Of a DNA stretch of 64,000 nt, positions 47,778-59,319 are shown piece by piece. The stretch comes from Oligoflexia bacterium. GTDB lineage: Bacteria; Bdellovibrionota; Bdellovibrionia; JABDDW01. A model generated the notes under the pieces. The model made no database searches. It was given only the letters and a program-made list of their open reading frames with translations, and was not told where the DNA came from. The stretch is from assembly GCA_043732305.1 (NCBI GenBank), contig JAYTHU010000170.1:32001-96000 (forward strand). Direction: 5' to 3'. The stretch's first letter is position 1; every line of letters begins with the position of its first letter. A program made the position numbers and the translations under genes.

Positions 47778-49298
47778 TTATTTTTTATCTTCAAAACTAA
47801 ATCGAATTATAACTCTCTGAGCTTTTTGACAATCGTGTGAGGCGCAGAAATCACCGCGGTTCGCATTGGTTGGCTTACGTGTACTTGTTTCGGGCAATTT
47901 TTCGGCGAGGAAACTTCTCCCAGTGACTTTGATCAACGGCAGCATGTCTTTTTGATGTTCGAAACTAATTTTACTTTCATCAAAGACAAACTTAAAAATG
48001 GATCGTGCTCTGCCATAACTAAGATCTAAGTTGTAATCGATGGCGTTCTTACCCTCTTCCGTATTTATCGCTTTTGGATCTACGTATTTGCCACGGTAGG
48101 TCGGCGAAGCAAATCCAATAATCTCAACAGCCGCAATTTTACTGGCAATTTTCTTATCACCCAGAAGTGATTTTGAATAAACCGGCATAGCTTTTTTAAG
48201 AACTTCTTTCATGCGCTCTTTCAACTTTGTTGAATCGTTATCAAAGTATGCATCTCCAAAATTAATAACTACTTCGCCAGTATTTTCATTGATATCCGCT
48301 GACACTCCCGCTTTTGCAAATCCACTTCGAATGTCTTTGGCAATTTGCTTTCGCGCGTCCGCCTCAGCGCGGGCATGAGCGAGCAGACCTTCCGTGTCTT
48401 TCAGAGAACCTCGCAAAGCGCCCATTTTTGCATTGTAGCCAGCCACGGTGGAATGAAGTTTTCCTTCTAAGCCTTTATTCTCTGCTTCGGCTTTGCCAAG
48501 GCTTCCCTTAGCTTGATCGAGTTCGCCGGCCACTTGTCCAAGCTTTCCTTGCACATCGGCTAGTTGATTTTCCATTGCCGCGGTTGTTGATTTAAGTTGT
48601 GCGATTTTTTTCTGATTGGAACCTTTGAGGGATTCAACTTTTTTCTCATAGGCTGCGTCAGACATTTCTTTGAGTTTCCATGAGGATTTTAATTCTTTTA
48701 GTTTCAATTTTAGTTTTTCGTTGGCGGCTGTGATTTTGTTTTCGTTTGAAGCAATCAGTGCTTCTTTTTGAGAAACATTTTTTTCCAGTGAATTGATTTC
48801 AGTACCCTGGTTGTCTATTTTAACGTCTTGTTTACCGATAACATCTTCGCGCCTCTTCATTTTCGTCTTTGCCAGAAGGTTTGCGTTTACGATATTTCTA
48901 ACCATCTGCTGATACTGGTTGAGAGCTTTTTCTTTTTTCTCGTTCTCTGATGCTTTTTGAGTTAAATCGTTTTTTTCATTCTTGGCATCTTCTTTAAGAA
49001 GAGTGATCTTATCCATTAATTCGGCATAAAGTTTTTCGTCTTCAGGTTTTGCTTCGTTCTTTAAATAATCTTGTTTGACTGAGTCGTACATTTTGAGTTG
49101 ATTTTTTAAATCTTGAACTTGAGTAGTGAGCTTTTGATTTTGCAACTGTTGCTGAATGCCATTAGTGCCCTGACGCAAACTTGCCGTCACATACAATAGC
49201 AAAAACACCACACTCATTCCTAAAAATAAGTCTGAATAAGATGTCCAAAAGCTTCCGCTATCTTCGCCGCTTTTATTTTTTTTGTAGTCGAACGCCAT
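47778..49298 (-). CDS. MotB/ZorB-like protein with long coiled-coil spacer and OmpA-like C-terminal domain
   Basis: FWTSYSDLFLGMSVVFLLL (conserved TM Asp23); long coiled coil; YFDNDSTKL, IIGFAS, NLDLSYGRARSI, QRVIIRF. Confidence 0.8.
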   Translation of the reverse strand: MAFDYKKNKSGEDSGSFWTSYSDLFLGMSVVFLLLYVTASLRQGTNGIQQQLQNQKLTTQVQDLKNQLKMYDSVKQDYLKNEAKPEDEKLYAELMDKITLLKEDAKNEKNDLTQKASENEKKEKALNQYQQMVRNIVNANLLAKTKMKRREDVIGKQDVKIDNQGTEINSLEKNVSQKEALIASNENKITAANEKLKLKLKELKSSWKLKEMSDAAYEKKVESLKGSNQKKIAQLKSTTAAMENQLADVQGKLGQVAGELDQAKGSLGKAEAENKGLEGKLHSTVAGYNAKMGALRGSLKDTEGLLAHARAEADARKQIAKDIRSGFAKAGVSADINENTGEVVINFGDAYFDNDSTKLKERMKEVLKKAMPVYSKSLLGDKKIASKIAAVEIIGFASPTYRGKYVDPKAINTEEGKNAIDYNLDLSYGRARSIFKFVFDESKISFEHQKDMLPLIKVTGRSFLAEKLPETSTRKPTNANRGDFCASHDCQKAQRVIIRFSFEDKK

Positions 49299-49385
49299 GA
49301 TTATCCCATTCCTCTCTTAGGGATAATTTCGACAGAAAGGTCAAATTTCTAAACAGGGCTGGAGTCTAGATAGTTTTCGAGCAAT

Positions 49386-49414
49386 AAAAAACCCGACCAT
49401 TGAATAGTCGGGTT
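49386..49414 (-). terminator. Intrinsic terminator downstream of atpE
   Basis: Minus strand AACCCGACTAT-TCA-ATGGTCGGGTT hairpin running into a T tract. Confidence 0.8.
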
Positions 49415-49490
49415 CTTCTGTAACGCAGTATCTCTACTAATAAGATCCACAGGCGGGCCAGGCCAACCTGCGATACTCATTGGTTTGCGA

Positions 49491-49802
49491 TTAGACTTTT
49501 CCTGAAAGTCCGAAAGCAATGATCAAAGCGTAGATGACCAAAGACTCGATCAAAGCCAAAGCGATGATCATAGGGATAAAGATCTTACCTTGAGCTGCGG
49601 GATTGCGAGCAATACCGTCTAGAGCTGCAGCAGCGGCTTTACCTTGTCCAAGTGCACCACCGAGTGCGGCCACACCAATGGCGATTGCAGCAGCGATTGC
49701 ATACATACCTTTAGCAGAAGCAGTTCCATCATCTGCAAAAGCAGGAATAGCAACGATTGAGGTAGCGGCAAAAACATAAAGTGAGCGTGCGAATTTTTTC
49801 AT
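49491..49802 (-). CDS. atpE: ATP synthase F0 subunit c with N-terminal signal-like extension
   Basis: GALGQG, GIARNP loop, LIESLVIY; AGGAG RBS before ATG 49802. Confidence 0.95.
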   Translation of the reverse strand: MKKFARSLYVFAATSIVAIPAFADDGTASAKGMYAIAAAIAIGVAALGGALGQGKAAAAALDGIARNPAAQGKIFIPMIIALALIESLVIYALIIAFGLSGKV

Positions 49803-49818
49803 GAGATCTCCTATTAAA

Positions 49819-50505
49819 TTAGTGGTCGTGGGCGGTAGCCAACGAAATATAAACCATCGATAAAAGCGAAAATACAAATGCTTGCACGAAGCAAACAAAC
49901 ATACCCAAAAGATAAAAAACCATTGGCACGCCCCAAGGCGTGAGGTTTAGAAAAATAGACAGAACCGTGTGGTCTCCTGTCATATTTCCGAAGAGACGCA
50001 GACCCAAACTCATGGGTCGAACAAGATGAGAGATTAGTTCAATAGGGAGCATGAGCCAAGCGAGCCACCAAACTGGTCCCAAGAAATGTTTGAGATATGG
50101 GAGACCATGAGCTCTAAGACCTTCAACGTTATACAAAACGAAAACCAAGATACCGCAAGAAAGTGTGGTGTTCAGATTATCAGTAGCGGGAGAAAACCCG
50201 GGGAAAAGTCCAAGCAAATTATTCAGCAAAATATAAATGAAAAGTGATCCGACAATAGGGACCATTCGTTCGTTATGAGGACCCATAACGGATTCAACAA
50301 GGCTAGTTAGACTTTCAACGACGAGTTCGAAAATACTTCTGATTGAGATTCCTTTTTTTGGAATTAAAGCTTCTTCAGGTTTTCCCACGACTGCATAAGC
50401 GACGAGTGATAACACTGCAATCATCGCTGTCATGAAAGCTTCCGTCAAAACGTGATCGGGGTATTTTTCAAGTAACGGAAAAAGATGAAACCAACTAAAA
50501 TGCAT
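49819..50505 (-). CDS. atpF0A: ATP synthase F0 subunit a
   Basis: NNLLGLFPG, RPMSLGLRLFGNM, VQAFVFSLL (subunit a, usually named atpB). Confidence 0.95.
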   Translation of the reverse strand: MHFSWFHLFPLLEKYPDHVLTEAFMTAMIAVLSLVAYAVVGKPEEALIPKKGISIRSIFELVVESLTSLVESVMGPHNERMVPIVGSLFIYILLNNLLGLFPGFSPATDNLNTTLSCGILVFVLYNVEGLRAHGLPYLKHFLGPVWWLAWLMLPIELISHLVRPMSLGLRLFGNMTGDHTVLSIFLNLTPWGVPMVFYLLGMFVCFVQAFVFSLLSMVYISLATAHDH

Positions 50506-50902
50506 TCTTATTTTTCATTTCCAAAATCGATAATCGCAAAGCCAAAATCAAAAAACTCCCTAACAGGGTTGTTGTTCCTGCGATTAAGGGTGCTAACTGA
50601 TGGCTCCACTTATTTACTAGTAAAAAAAGGATTACACCTAAACTTGAGTACTTAGTTATAACGAGAACAAGCGTCATGGCAACTGGTTTTTTGTCGAAAA
50701 CTCTTTTCCAAAAGAGTCCTAAAAGTAAAAAGTTAAGAGCCATGAAGGCAGACCCAGCCAAAAACGGAATAACGCTATGCGCCGAAAATCTCGTTAGGAT
50801 TAGGGCGGTCACTACTGCGAGCGCTCCTTGGGTCAAAAGTAAAAATCCCAGATTCCTCTGAACAGTCTGATCAAAAGACGGCCTAGAATCAGGATTGCTC
50901 AT
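50495..50902 (-). CDS. atpI: ATP synthase protein I
   Basis: Four hydrophobic segments; position upstream of subunit a. Confidence 0.7.
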   Translation of the reverse strand: MSNPDSRPSFDQTVQRNLGFLLLTQGALAVVTALILTRFSAHSVIPFLAGSAFMALNFLLLGLFWKRVFDKKPVAMTLVLVITKYSSLGVILFLLVNKWSHQLAPLIAGTTTLLGSFLILALRLSILEMKNKNAF

Positions 50903-51101
50903 TGTTTATCTTTTGAAGCCTAAGAGCAAAGCGCAAAAAGGCAAGAACCGACCCGACCACGGCGCAGGTGATCAACGCCTTTTGATGAAGATCAAATCTA
51001 GTATCCAAGTAGCGCCCCAGAAAAATAAACGCAACTATTGTCACAATTAATTCTGTGGTGGAAAACATCACAACTCCATAATCTTTCATAAAATCTTTCA
51101 T
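50889..51101 (-). CDS. AtpZ/AtpI family small membrane protein
   Basis: Two TMs with FLGRYLDTRF motif; first gene of the F0 cluster. Confidence 0.75.
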   Translation of the reverse strand: MKDFMKDYGVVMFSTTELIVTIVAFIFLGRYLDTRFDLHQKALITCAVVGSVLAFLRFALRLQKINNEQS

Positions 51102-51946
51102 TGGGACTTTTTCTTAGCCTTTCTAAGCGTGAGGTTCTTAATTTTCATTTCAATAATATCTTCATGGGCAACTTTACCTTTGCCACTTTCCAAAGAAGCA
51201 ATAGCCATATCCCAATCTTTCAGTTCCTCATAAGCCAAAGCTTTATTAATGTAAATCTCGTCAAGGTCTGAACGATCAGAAAACTTTTTCAAAATTTTAT
51301 CGTAGAGCTGAATGGCTTCTTGATTTCGTTTGAGGCCAGAAAGTGATGTGGCTTTTAGTATCCATAACTCAAAATTAAGTGGGCTATCAGGATGTTTCTT
51401 TTCAAAATCTTCGACCTCTAAAATTGTCTGTTCGAAATTTCCAGAATAGAAATAGGCTCTGGCAACTCGCCCTCTGATCTCTGCATCTTCTTTATCAGAA
51501 GGCTCTGTTTCTAAAAGACGATTGTACTCAAGAACCGCTTGAGGATAATCACTCAGCTTTTCATAATATATTTCTGCAATTTGCTTTTGAGCGCTCACAA
51601 CTTCTTTTTGATCTTTACCATGTCTTACAATTTGCTTAAAAAATCCAATCGCTTTTTTGAAATCTTGTGTTTGATAAAGACTAAGTTTCCCGCCGAGTCT
51701 GGCGGATTCTAATGCTACTGGAGAATCGGGAACGTAAGTAGTCACGCGCTCAAAATTCTCGATCGCTGACTTATAGTCTTTGTTTTCTAGGGAGCTTTGA
51801 GCAGAATCGAAAAGTCGCTGCTCGAGGGATCGCTTGGGTTGAAAGACGAAAAACAGCCCCATCAGAACCGAAAAACTTAAGGCGATAAGCCAGAGGTTTT
51901 CTTTTCTAAGCGTGGCCAGCATCGCCTTCTTCGTCCGTTTCTTCAA
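51098..51946 (-). CDS. Membrane-anchored TPR protein
   Basis: N-terminal TM followed by multiple TPR-like repeats. Start uncertain; it overlaps the gyrA end. Confidence 0.75.
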   Translation of the reverse strand: MKKRTKKAMLATLRKENLWLIALSFSVLMGLFFVFQPKRSLEQRLFDSAQSSLENKDYKSAIENFERVTTYVPDSPVALESARLGGKLSLYQTQDFKKAIGFFKQIVRHGKDQKEVVSAQKQIAEIYYEKLSDYPQAVLEYNRLLETEPSDKEDAEIRGRVARAYFYSGNFEQTILEVEDFEKKHPDSPLNFELWILKATSLSGLKRNQEAIQLYDKILKKFSDRSDLDEIYINKALAYEELKDWDMAIASLESGKGKVAHEDIIEMKIKNLTLRKAKKKSQ

Positions 51947-54368
51947 GAACCGGCGCGAAGCTCACAACTTTTTCATCGCCTTCAACTTTAATCAAACGAA
52001 CGCCCTGAGTGTTACGGCCCAACACAGAAATTCCTGAAACCGATATTCGGATAACTCGTCCACCATTGGTGATGAGCATTAGATCATCGTTATCAGCAAC
52101 CATGCGGGTCCCAATGACGTTACCGACTTTGTCTGTAGTCTTTTGCGTGATGAGACCTACGCCGCCACGGCTCTGACATCTGTATTCAGAAATATCTGTT
52201 CGCTTTCCATAACCATTGTTGGTGACGGCCAAAACATTGCCTTTGTTTTCTTTATTGAAAAGTTCCAACCCAACAACTGCATCATTTTTGGAAAGGCTAA
52301 TCGCTTTGACTCCGCGAGCGGCACGTCCCATGGCTCGAACGTCGCCTTCGTCGAAACGAATGGACATGCCTTCTGTGGTCGAAAGAAAAATATCTGATTT
52401 TCCATCTGAAAGTTTTGCATCAATGAGTTCGTCATCCATGTCAGTAGTAAGAGCAATAATGCCCTTCGTATTGACGTTTGCGAATTGAGAAAGCTCTGTC
52501 TTTTTGATAATCCCTTTTTTGGTGACCATGACGACATACTTGCCACTGACAAATTCTTTAATAGGTAAAATAGCTTTGATGTTTTCGTTATTGCCAAGAT
52601 TGAGAACGTTGGCAATCGATTTACCTTTTGCAGATCTGGATGCGAGAGGAAGCGAGTGCACTTTAACCAAATGCAATTTACCTTTATCGGACAAACATAA
52701 AAGAAGATCATGAGTGCTCGAAACAAATAAATTTGTGACGAAATCTTCCTCTTTTGTTTCTACACCACGAGCACCTTTGCCTCCACGTTTTTGACTTCGA
52801 TACTCATCAATGGAGTTGCGTTTGATATAACCGGTGTGAGTGATTGTAACAACCATGTCTTCGACTTCGATTAAATCTTCGTCACTAAGTTCTTCAGCTT
52901 CATTGATAATTTGTGATCGTCTGGGATCAGCATATTTTCTTTTTATTTCGGTAAGTTCGTCAGTGATCACTTTGAAGATCAAACTTTCATCGCCCAGGAT
53001 TTCTTTAATCTTGGTGATAAAATCCATAACTTCTTTGAGCTCGCTAATAATTTTGTCTCGCTCAAGGCCAGTCAATCTTTGGAGACGCATTTCCAAAATG
53101 GCTTGTGTTTGCAGTTCAGAAAATTTGAACTGTGTTTGCAAACCTTCACGCGCCACATCGGCCGATTTTGATGCTCTGATAAGAGCAATCACAGCATCAA
53201 TACTATCGATTGCTTTTTTAAGACCCTCTAGGATATGAGCACGAGCTTCCGCTTTTTTTAATTCAAAAATACTTCGACGAACAACAACTTCACGTCTGTG
53301 TTCAATGAAAGCATCGAGCATTCCTTTGAGAGTGAAAACACGCGGTTGACCATTATCGAGCGCGAGCATTATAATTCCAAACGTAGATTCCATTTGTGAA
53401 TGCTTGAACAGTCGATTGAGAACAACGTTGGCAGCATCGCCCTTTTTAATTTCGATGAGGACGCGCATTCCTTCTCGCGAACTTTCATCGCGAATATCAG
53501 AAATTCCTTCAAGGCGTTTATCGCGCACTTGATCTGCGATGTTTTCAATGAGTTTGGCTTTGTTAACCATGTACGGAAGGGCAGTGACAATAATTTGTTC
53601 GCGATCACCTTTACGAGCTTCTATTTCGGCGGTTGCGCGCATGGTGATGACACCACGGCCAGTAGTGTAAGCGGATTTAATTCCTTTGCGTCCGGCGATA
53701 AGCGCGCCTGTGGGAAAGTCTGGACCGGGAATAATTTTGAATAAATCTTCGCTCGTGATATTTGGATTTTTAATTACTGCTAAACAGCCATCGATAACTT
53801 CGCCCAAATTGTGTGGAGGAATATTTGTGGCCATACCCACGGCAATTCCAGAACTTCCATTCACTAAGAGAGTGGGAACTTTTGCGGGAAGTACATGTGG
53901 CACTTCAAGAGAGTCATCGTAGTTTGGTCCAAAATCAACCGTCTCTTTATCGATATCATAGAGAAGTTCTTGAGCAAATTCGGTCATCCGAATTTCGGTA
54001 TATCTCATCGCCGCAGCAGAATCTCCGTCGATAGAACCAAAGTTTCCTTGGCCATCGACCATTGGATAGCGCAGAGAAAAATCTTGGGCCATACGAACGA
54101 TAGTGTCGTAGATAGCAGCATCACCGTGCGGGTGATACTTACCCATGACTTCCCCAACAATACGTGCAGATTTTTTATAAGGTTTATTGTGAACGTTAGA
54201 GGCTTCCCACATTCCGAAAAGAACGCGGCGATGGACCGGTTTTAATCCGTCACGCACGTCAGGAAGCGCCCGACCAACAATGACACTCATGGAGTATTGG
54301 AGATATGCGCTCTTGAGTTCCGTCTCGATATTGATCGGAATAATGCCTATTTCTTTTTTTTCTTCCAT
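51906..54368 (-). CDS. gyrA: DNA gyrase subunit A
   Basis: GKYHPHGD, AAMRYTE, GyrA-box QKRGGKG, C-terminal beta-pinwheel repeats. Confidence 0.97.
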   Translation of the reverse strand: MEEKKEIGIIPINIETELKSAYLQYSMSVIVGRALPDVRDGLKPVHRRVLFGMWEASNVHNKPYKKSARIVGEVMGKYHPHGDAAIYDTIVRMAQDFSLRYPMVDGQGNFGSIDGDSAAAMRYTEIRMTEFAQELLYDIDKETVDFGPNYDDSLEVPHVLPAKVPTLLVNGSSGIAVGMATNIPPHNLGEVIDGCLAVIKNPNITSEDLFKIIPGPDFPTGALIAGRKGIKSAYTTGRGVITMRATAEIEARKGDREQIIVTALPYMVNKAKLIENIADQVRDKRLEGISDIRDESSREGMRVLIEIKKGDAANVVLNRLFKHSQMESTFGIIMLALDNGQPRVFTLKGMLDAFIEHRREVVVRRSIFELKKAEARAHILEGLKKAIDSIDAVIALIRASKSADVAREGLQTQFKFSELQTQAILEMRLQRLTGLERDKIISELKEVMDFITKIKEILGDESLIFKVITDELTEIKRKYADPRRSQIINEAEELSDEDLIEVEDMVVTITHTGYIKRNSIDEYRSQKRGGKGARGVETKEEDFVTNLFVSSTHDLLLCLSDKGKLHLVKVHSLPLASRSAKGKSIANVLNLGNNENIKAILPIKEFVSGKYVVMVTKKGIIKKTELSQFANVNTKGIIALTTDMDDELIDAKLSDGKSDIFLSTTEGMSIRFDEGDVRAMGRAARGVKAISLSKNDAVVGLELFNKENKGNVLAVTNNGYGKRTDISEYRCQSRGGVGLITQKTTDKVGNVIGTRMVADNDDLMLITNGGRVIRISVSGISVLGRNTQGVRLIKVEGDEKVVSFAPVLEETDEEGDAGHA

Positions 54369-54381
54369 TTAAACCCTCGGA

Positions 54382-56832
<2,451 letters not shown>

Positions 56833-56857
56833 TTAATTTTTAGCTTACGCTTTTGCT

Positions 56858-57976
56858 CTAAGCTTTTAAGGCTTTTCCATTTTCAACGTTGAAAATTTCA
56901 GCGCCACCTAGCGCGTCATGTTCCGTTGCTGTTAAAAATGTTTGTGCTTCGTTTTTGTTTAAAAAATTGACGAGATATTTGCGCTTGTTCTTATCGAATT
57001 CGCTCAAGACATCGTCCAATAACAAAATCGGATAAGCTCCTAAAGTATTCCTATGATACACGATCTCACTTATTTTGAAAGCCAAAATGACAGCACGTTG
57101 TTGACCCTGAGAACAGTAGTTGCGTGCCTCATGGCCAGAAAAAATAAATGAAATCTCATGAAGATGAGGTCCTGACATAGAGCGTCCAATCTTCTCCTCC
57201 ACTAATTTTTTCTCTGAACAGAGTAATTCATGTTCTAGTCTCTCTTTGATTCCAGCCCACGAAACTCTTTCCCATGGCTGATTTCGGCTAAAATTCCGTA
57301 TGGTGATATCAGCATCCTGTCCTAAAATATCGCTAAGTGTCACTTTGAGAGGCTCGCGTATTTCTTGAATCAGTTTCTGTCTTAAAAAAAGTAGATCTGC
57401 ACTGGAATTGACAAATTGCGCATGGAGACTTTCTACCAAGTCGCGACCCTTTTTAAGATCGATTTCCTGATTTTTGATCTGGCGCAGCCAAGCGTTTCTC
57501 TGTTTTAAAATTTTGAGATAATGCCTTTGAGTTTTAGCAGCTTCTTCAAAAACCAGAGCGGCGGCATCGTCGATTAAATCTCGACGTTCTTCGGGCCCGC
57601 CCTTAATCACGGACAAACTTTCTGGGCTAAAAACCACAGACTTCATTTTCCCGAAATATTTGTCACGGGTGACAATTTTTTGATCCAAAATTATTTTCTT
57701 TTGATCAAGACCAAACCTAATTTTCACTTCATTTCGTTTTTGGGGACTTGTGGAAAAGCCTGCTTCAATTTGTGTTTCGCTTTTACCCATACTTACAATC
57801 TCTGCAAGATTTTTTGTGCGAAAACTTTTTAGCTGGCAAAGAAAATAAATGCTTTCTAGCAAACTTGTTTTTCCTTGAGCATTGTCCCCCAAGAAAAGAT
57901 TTAGATGAGGCCCGGGTACAATTTCTGAATTTTCAATATTCCTAAAATTTCGCGCTTTCAGTAAATCGATTCGCAA
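56858..57976 (-). CDS. recF: DNA replication/repair protein RecF
   Basis: GDNAQGKT, SQGQQR, ILLLDDVLSEFD. Confidence 0.94.
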   Translation of the reverse strand: MRIDLLKARNFRNIENSEIVPGPHLNLFLGDNAQGKTSLLESIYFLCQLKSFRTKNLAEIVSMGKSETQIEAGFSTSPQKRNEVKIRFGLDQKKIILDQKIVTRDKYFGKMKSVVFSPESLSVIKGGPEERRDLIDDAAALVFEEAAKTQRHYLKILKQRNAWLRQIKNQEIDLKKGRDLVESLHAQFVNSSADLLFLRQKLIQEIREPLKVTLSDILGQDADITIRNFSRNQPWERVSWAGIKERLEHELLCSEKKLVEEKIGRSMSGPHLHEISFIFSGHEARNYCSQGQQRAVILAFKISEIVYHRNTLGAYPILLLDDVLSEFDKNKRKYLVNFLNKNEAQTFLTATEHDALGGAEIFNVENGKALKA

Positions 57977-57980
57977 TTTT

Positions 57981-59102
57981 TTAGATTCTCATTGGCATAA
58001 CCACGCAGGTGTAAGAGGGATCTGCGGCTGGTCTCACAATGCCAGGAGAGAGCTGGTCATTGAGATGAATGTCAATTTCTTCGTCTTTTATATTATTCAA
58101 AATGTCCATGAGATACTTAGCGTTGAAACCAATTTTGATGGCTTCACCGTCGTAACGAACTTCTAGTTCCTCTTTCGCATCTCCTATGTCTGGATTATTG
58201 GAATAAATTTCCATAGCATTTTTATTTATCGAAAGTGTGATGCCTTTGCTTTTTTGATTTGAAAGTAAAGACACGCGTCTTAAACAAGAAAGAAGATTTT
58301 CTTTTGAAACGGAAACTTTCTTTTGCATTTTTGCAGGAATCAATTGTTGATAGTTAGGATATTTTCCGTCGATCAACCGAATAAATAAAACCGTATTTTC
58401 TTTTTTTACTACCAAGTGCGAACCTTCGAAGCCCATTTCTAAAGTCCCACCTTCAGAGGCTTCAAGTAATTTTCGAAGTTCGTGCAAACCTTTTTTGGGG
58501 ATAATAACTCCGCCTTCTTTTTTGGCGAGCAAAGGAATTTCGATTTTCTTATCTATCAAACTTAAGCGATGGCCATCGGTTGCAACCATTCTAAATTTCG
58601 TCTCGTTTTCTTGAGACGATCTTTCAAAGTAGACTCCGTTAAGATGGTATCGGGTCTCATCATTGCTCACACTGTAGATTGTTTTCTCAATCATTTCTTG
58701 GATCACCTGGCATTGAATGCGGGTGAACTCTTTGACATCAATCTCTGGAAATGCGGGGAATTCCTCTGCCGCTGCTCCGACCAGATTGAATAGCGCCTTC
58801 TTACTTCGGATCTCCAACCAGTTATTGGCTTTCTTAAAAACCTGAACAGGCTCATCAGCCAATTCCTTAACAAGGTCAAAAACATTTTTAGCACTCACTG
58901 CTACTCGACCTTCAATTTCAACTTGGGCTGGACATTCGTCCTTAACACTCACTTCAAGGTCAGTTGCATAAATAACTAATTTTTGACCCTCTGCGACTAA
59001 AAGAGCATTTGTCAAAATCTGCATCGTGCTTCTTTTTTCAATAATATTTAGGGTCTTTTGTAAGAGTCTTAAAAAATCATTCTTTTCGACTTTGAATTTC
59101 AT
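57981..59102 (-). CDS. dnaN: DNA polymerase III beta clamp
   Basis: ATDLE, ATDGHRL, GFNAKY, VVMPMRI. Confidence 0.97.
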   Translation of the reverse strand: MKFKVEKNDFLRLLQKTLNIIEKRSTMQILTNALLVAEGQKLVIYATDLEVSVKDECPAQVEIEGRVAVSAKNVFDLVKELADEPVQVFKKANNWLEIRSKKALFNLVGAAAEEFPAFPEIDVKEFTRIQCQVIQEMIEKTIYSVSNDETRYHLNGVYFERSSQENETKFRMVATDGHRLSLIDKKIEIPLLAKKEGGVIIPKKGLHELRKLLEASEGGTLEMGFEGSHLVVKKENTVLFIRLIDGKYPNYQQLIPAKMQKKVSVSKENLLSCLRRVSLLSNQKSKGITLSINKNAMEIYSNNPDIGDAKEELEVRYDGEAIKIGFNAKYLMDILNNIKDEEIDIHLNDQLSPGIVRPAADPSYTCVVMPMRI

Positions 59103-59120
59103 GCTTATCTTCTTTCTTAC

Positions 59121-59319
59121 TTAATTATAAAACTGATAGTTGTAGTAGGCGTGTGGATATGTCAAATACTTCATAACTTATTAATTTTTCAAACGATTGA
59201 GCCGAAATGACCTCTTTAAAACTTTGTTGGTAAATCCCGAATTTTGGGAACAACCCCGATTTAAAACAATCCACAAAAACAATCCACATAGTTTTCCACA
59301 TTTCAGGCACTTATCCACT
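59121..59319. other. Predicted replication origin (oriC) between dnaA and dnaN
   Basis: AT-rich TTAATTATAAAA (59121-59132), DnaA-trios TAG TTG TAG TAG (59137-59148), box TGTGGATAT (59152-59160), and boxes CAATCCACA (59267, 59280), TTTTCCACA (59292), TTATCCACT (59311). Confidence 0.85.

Noticed and set aside
44301..49298. Calling the motor operon a Zorya defence system or flagellar motAB
   Set aside because: No zorC/D/E-like genes, no long ZorA tail, reversed gene order, no defence-island or flagellar context; kept as an unassigned motor.
52157..52726. 189-aa alternative-frame ORF in gyrA, and similar shadow ORFs across the window
   Set aside because: Contained within well-supported genes and lacking recognisable motifs.
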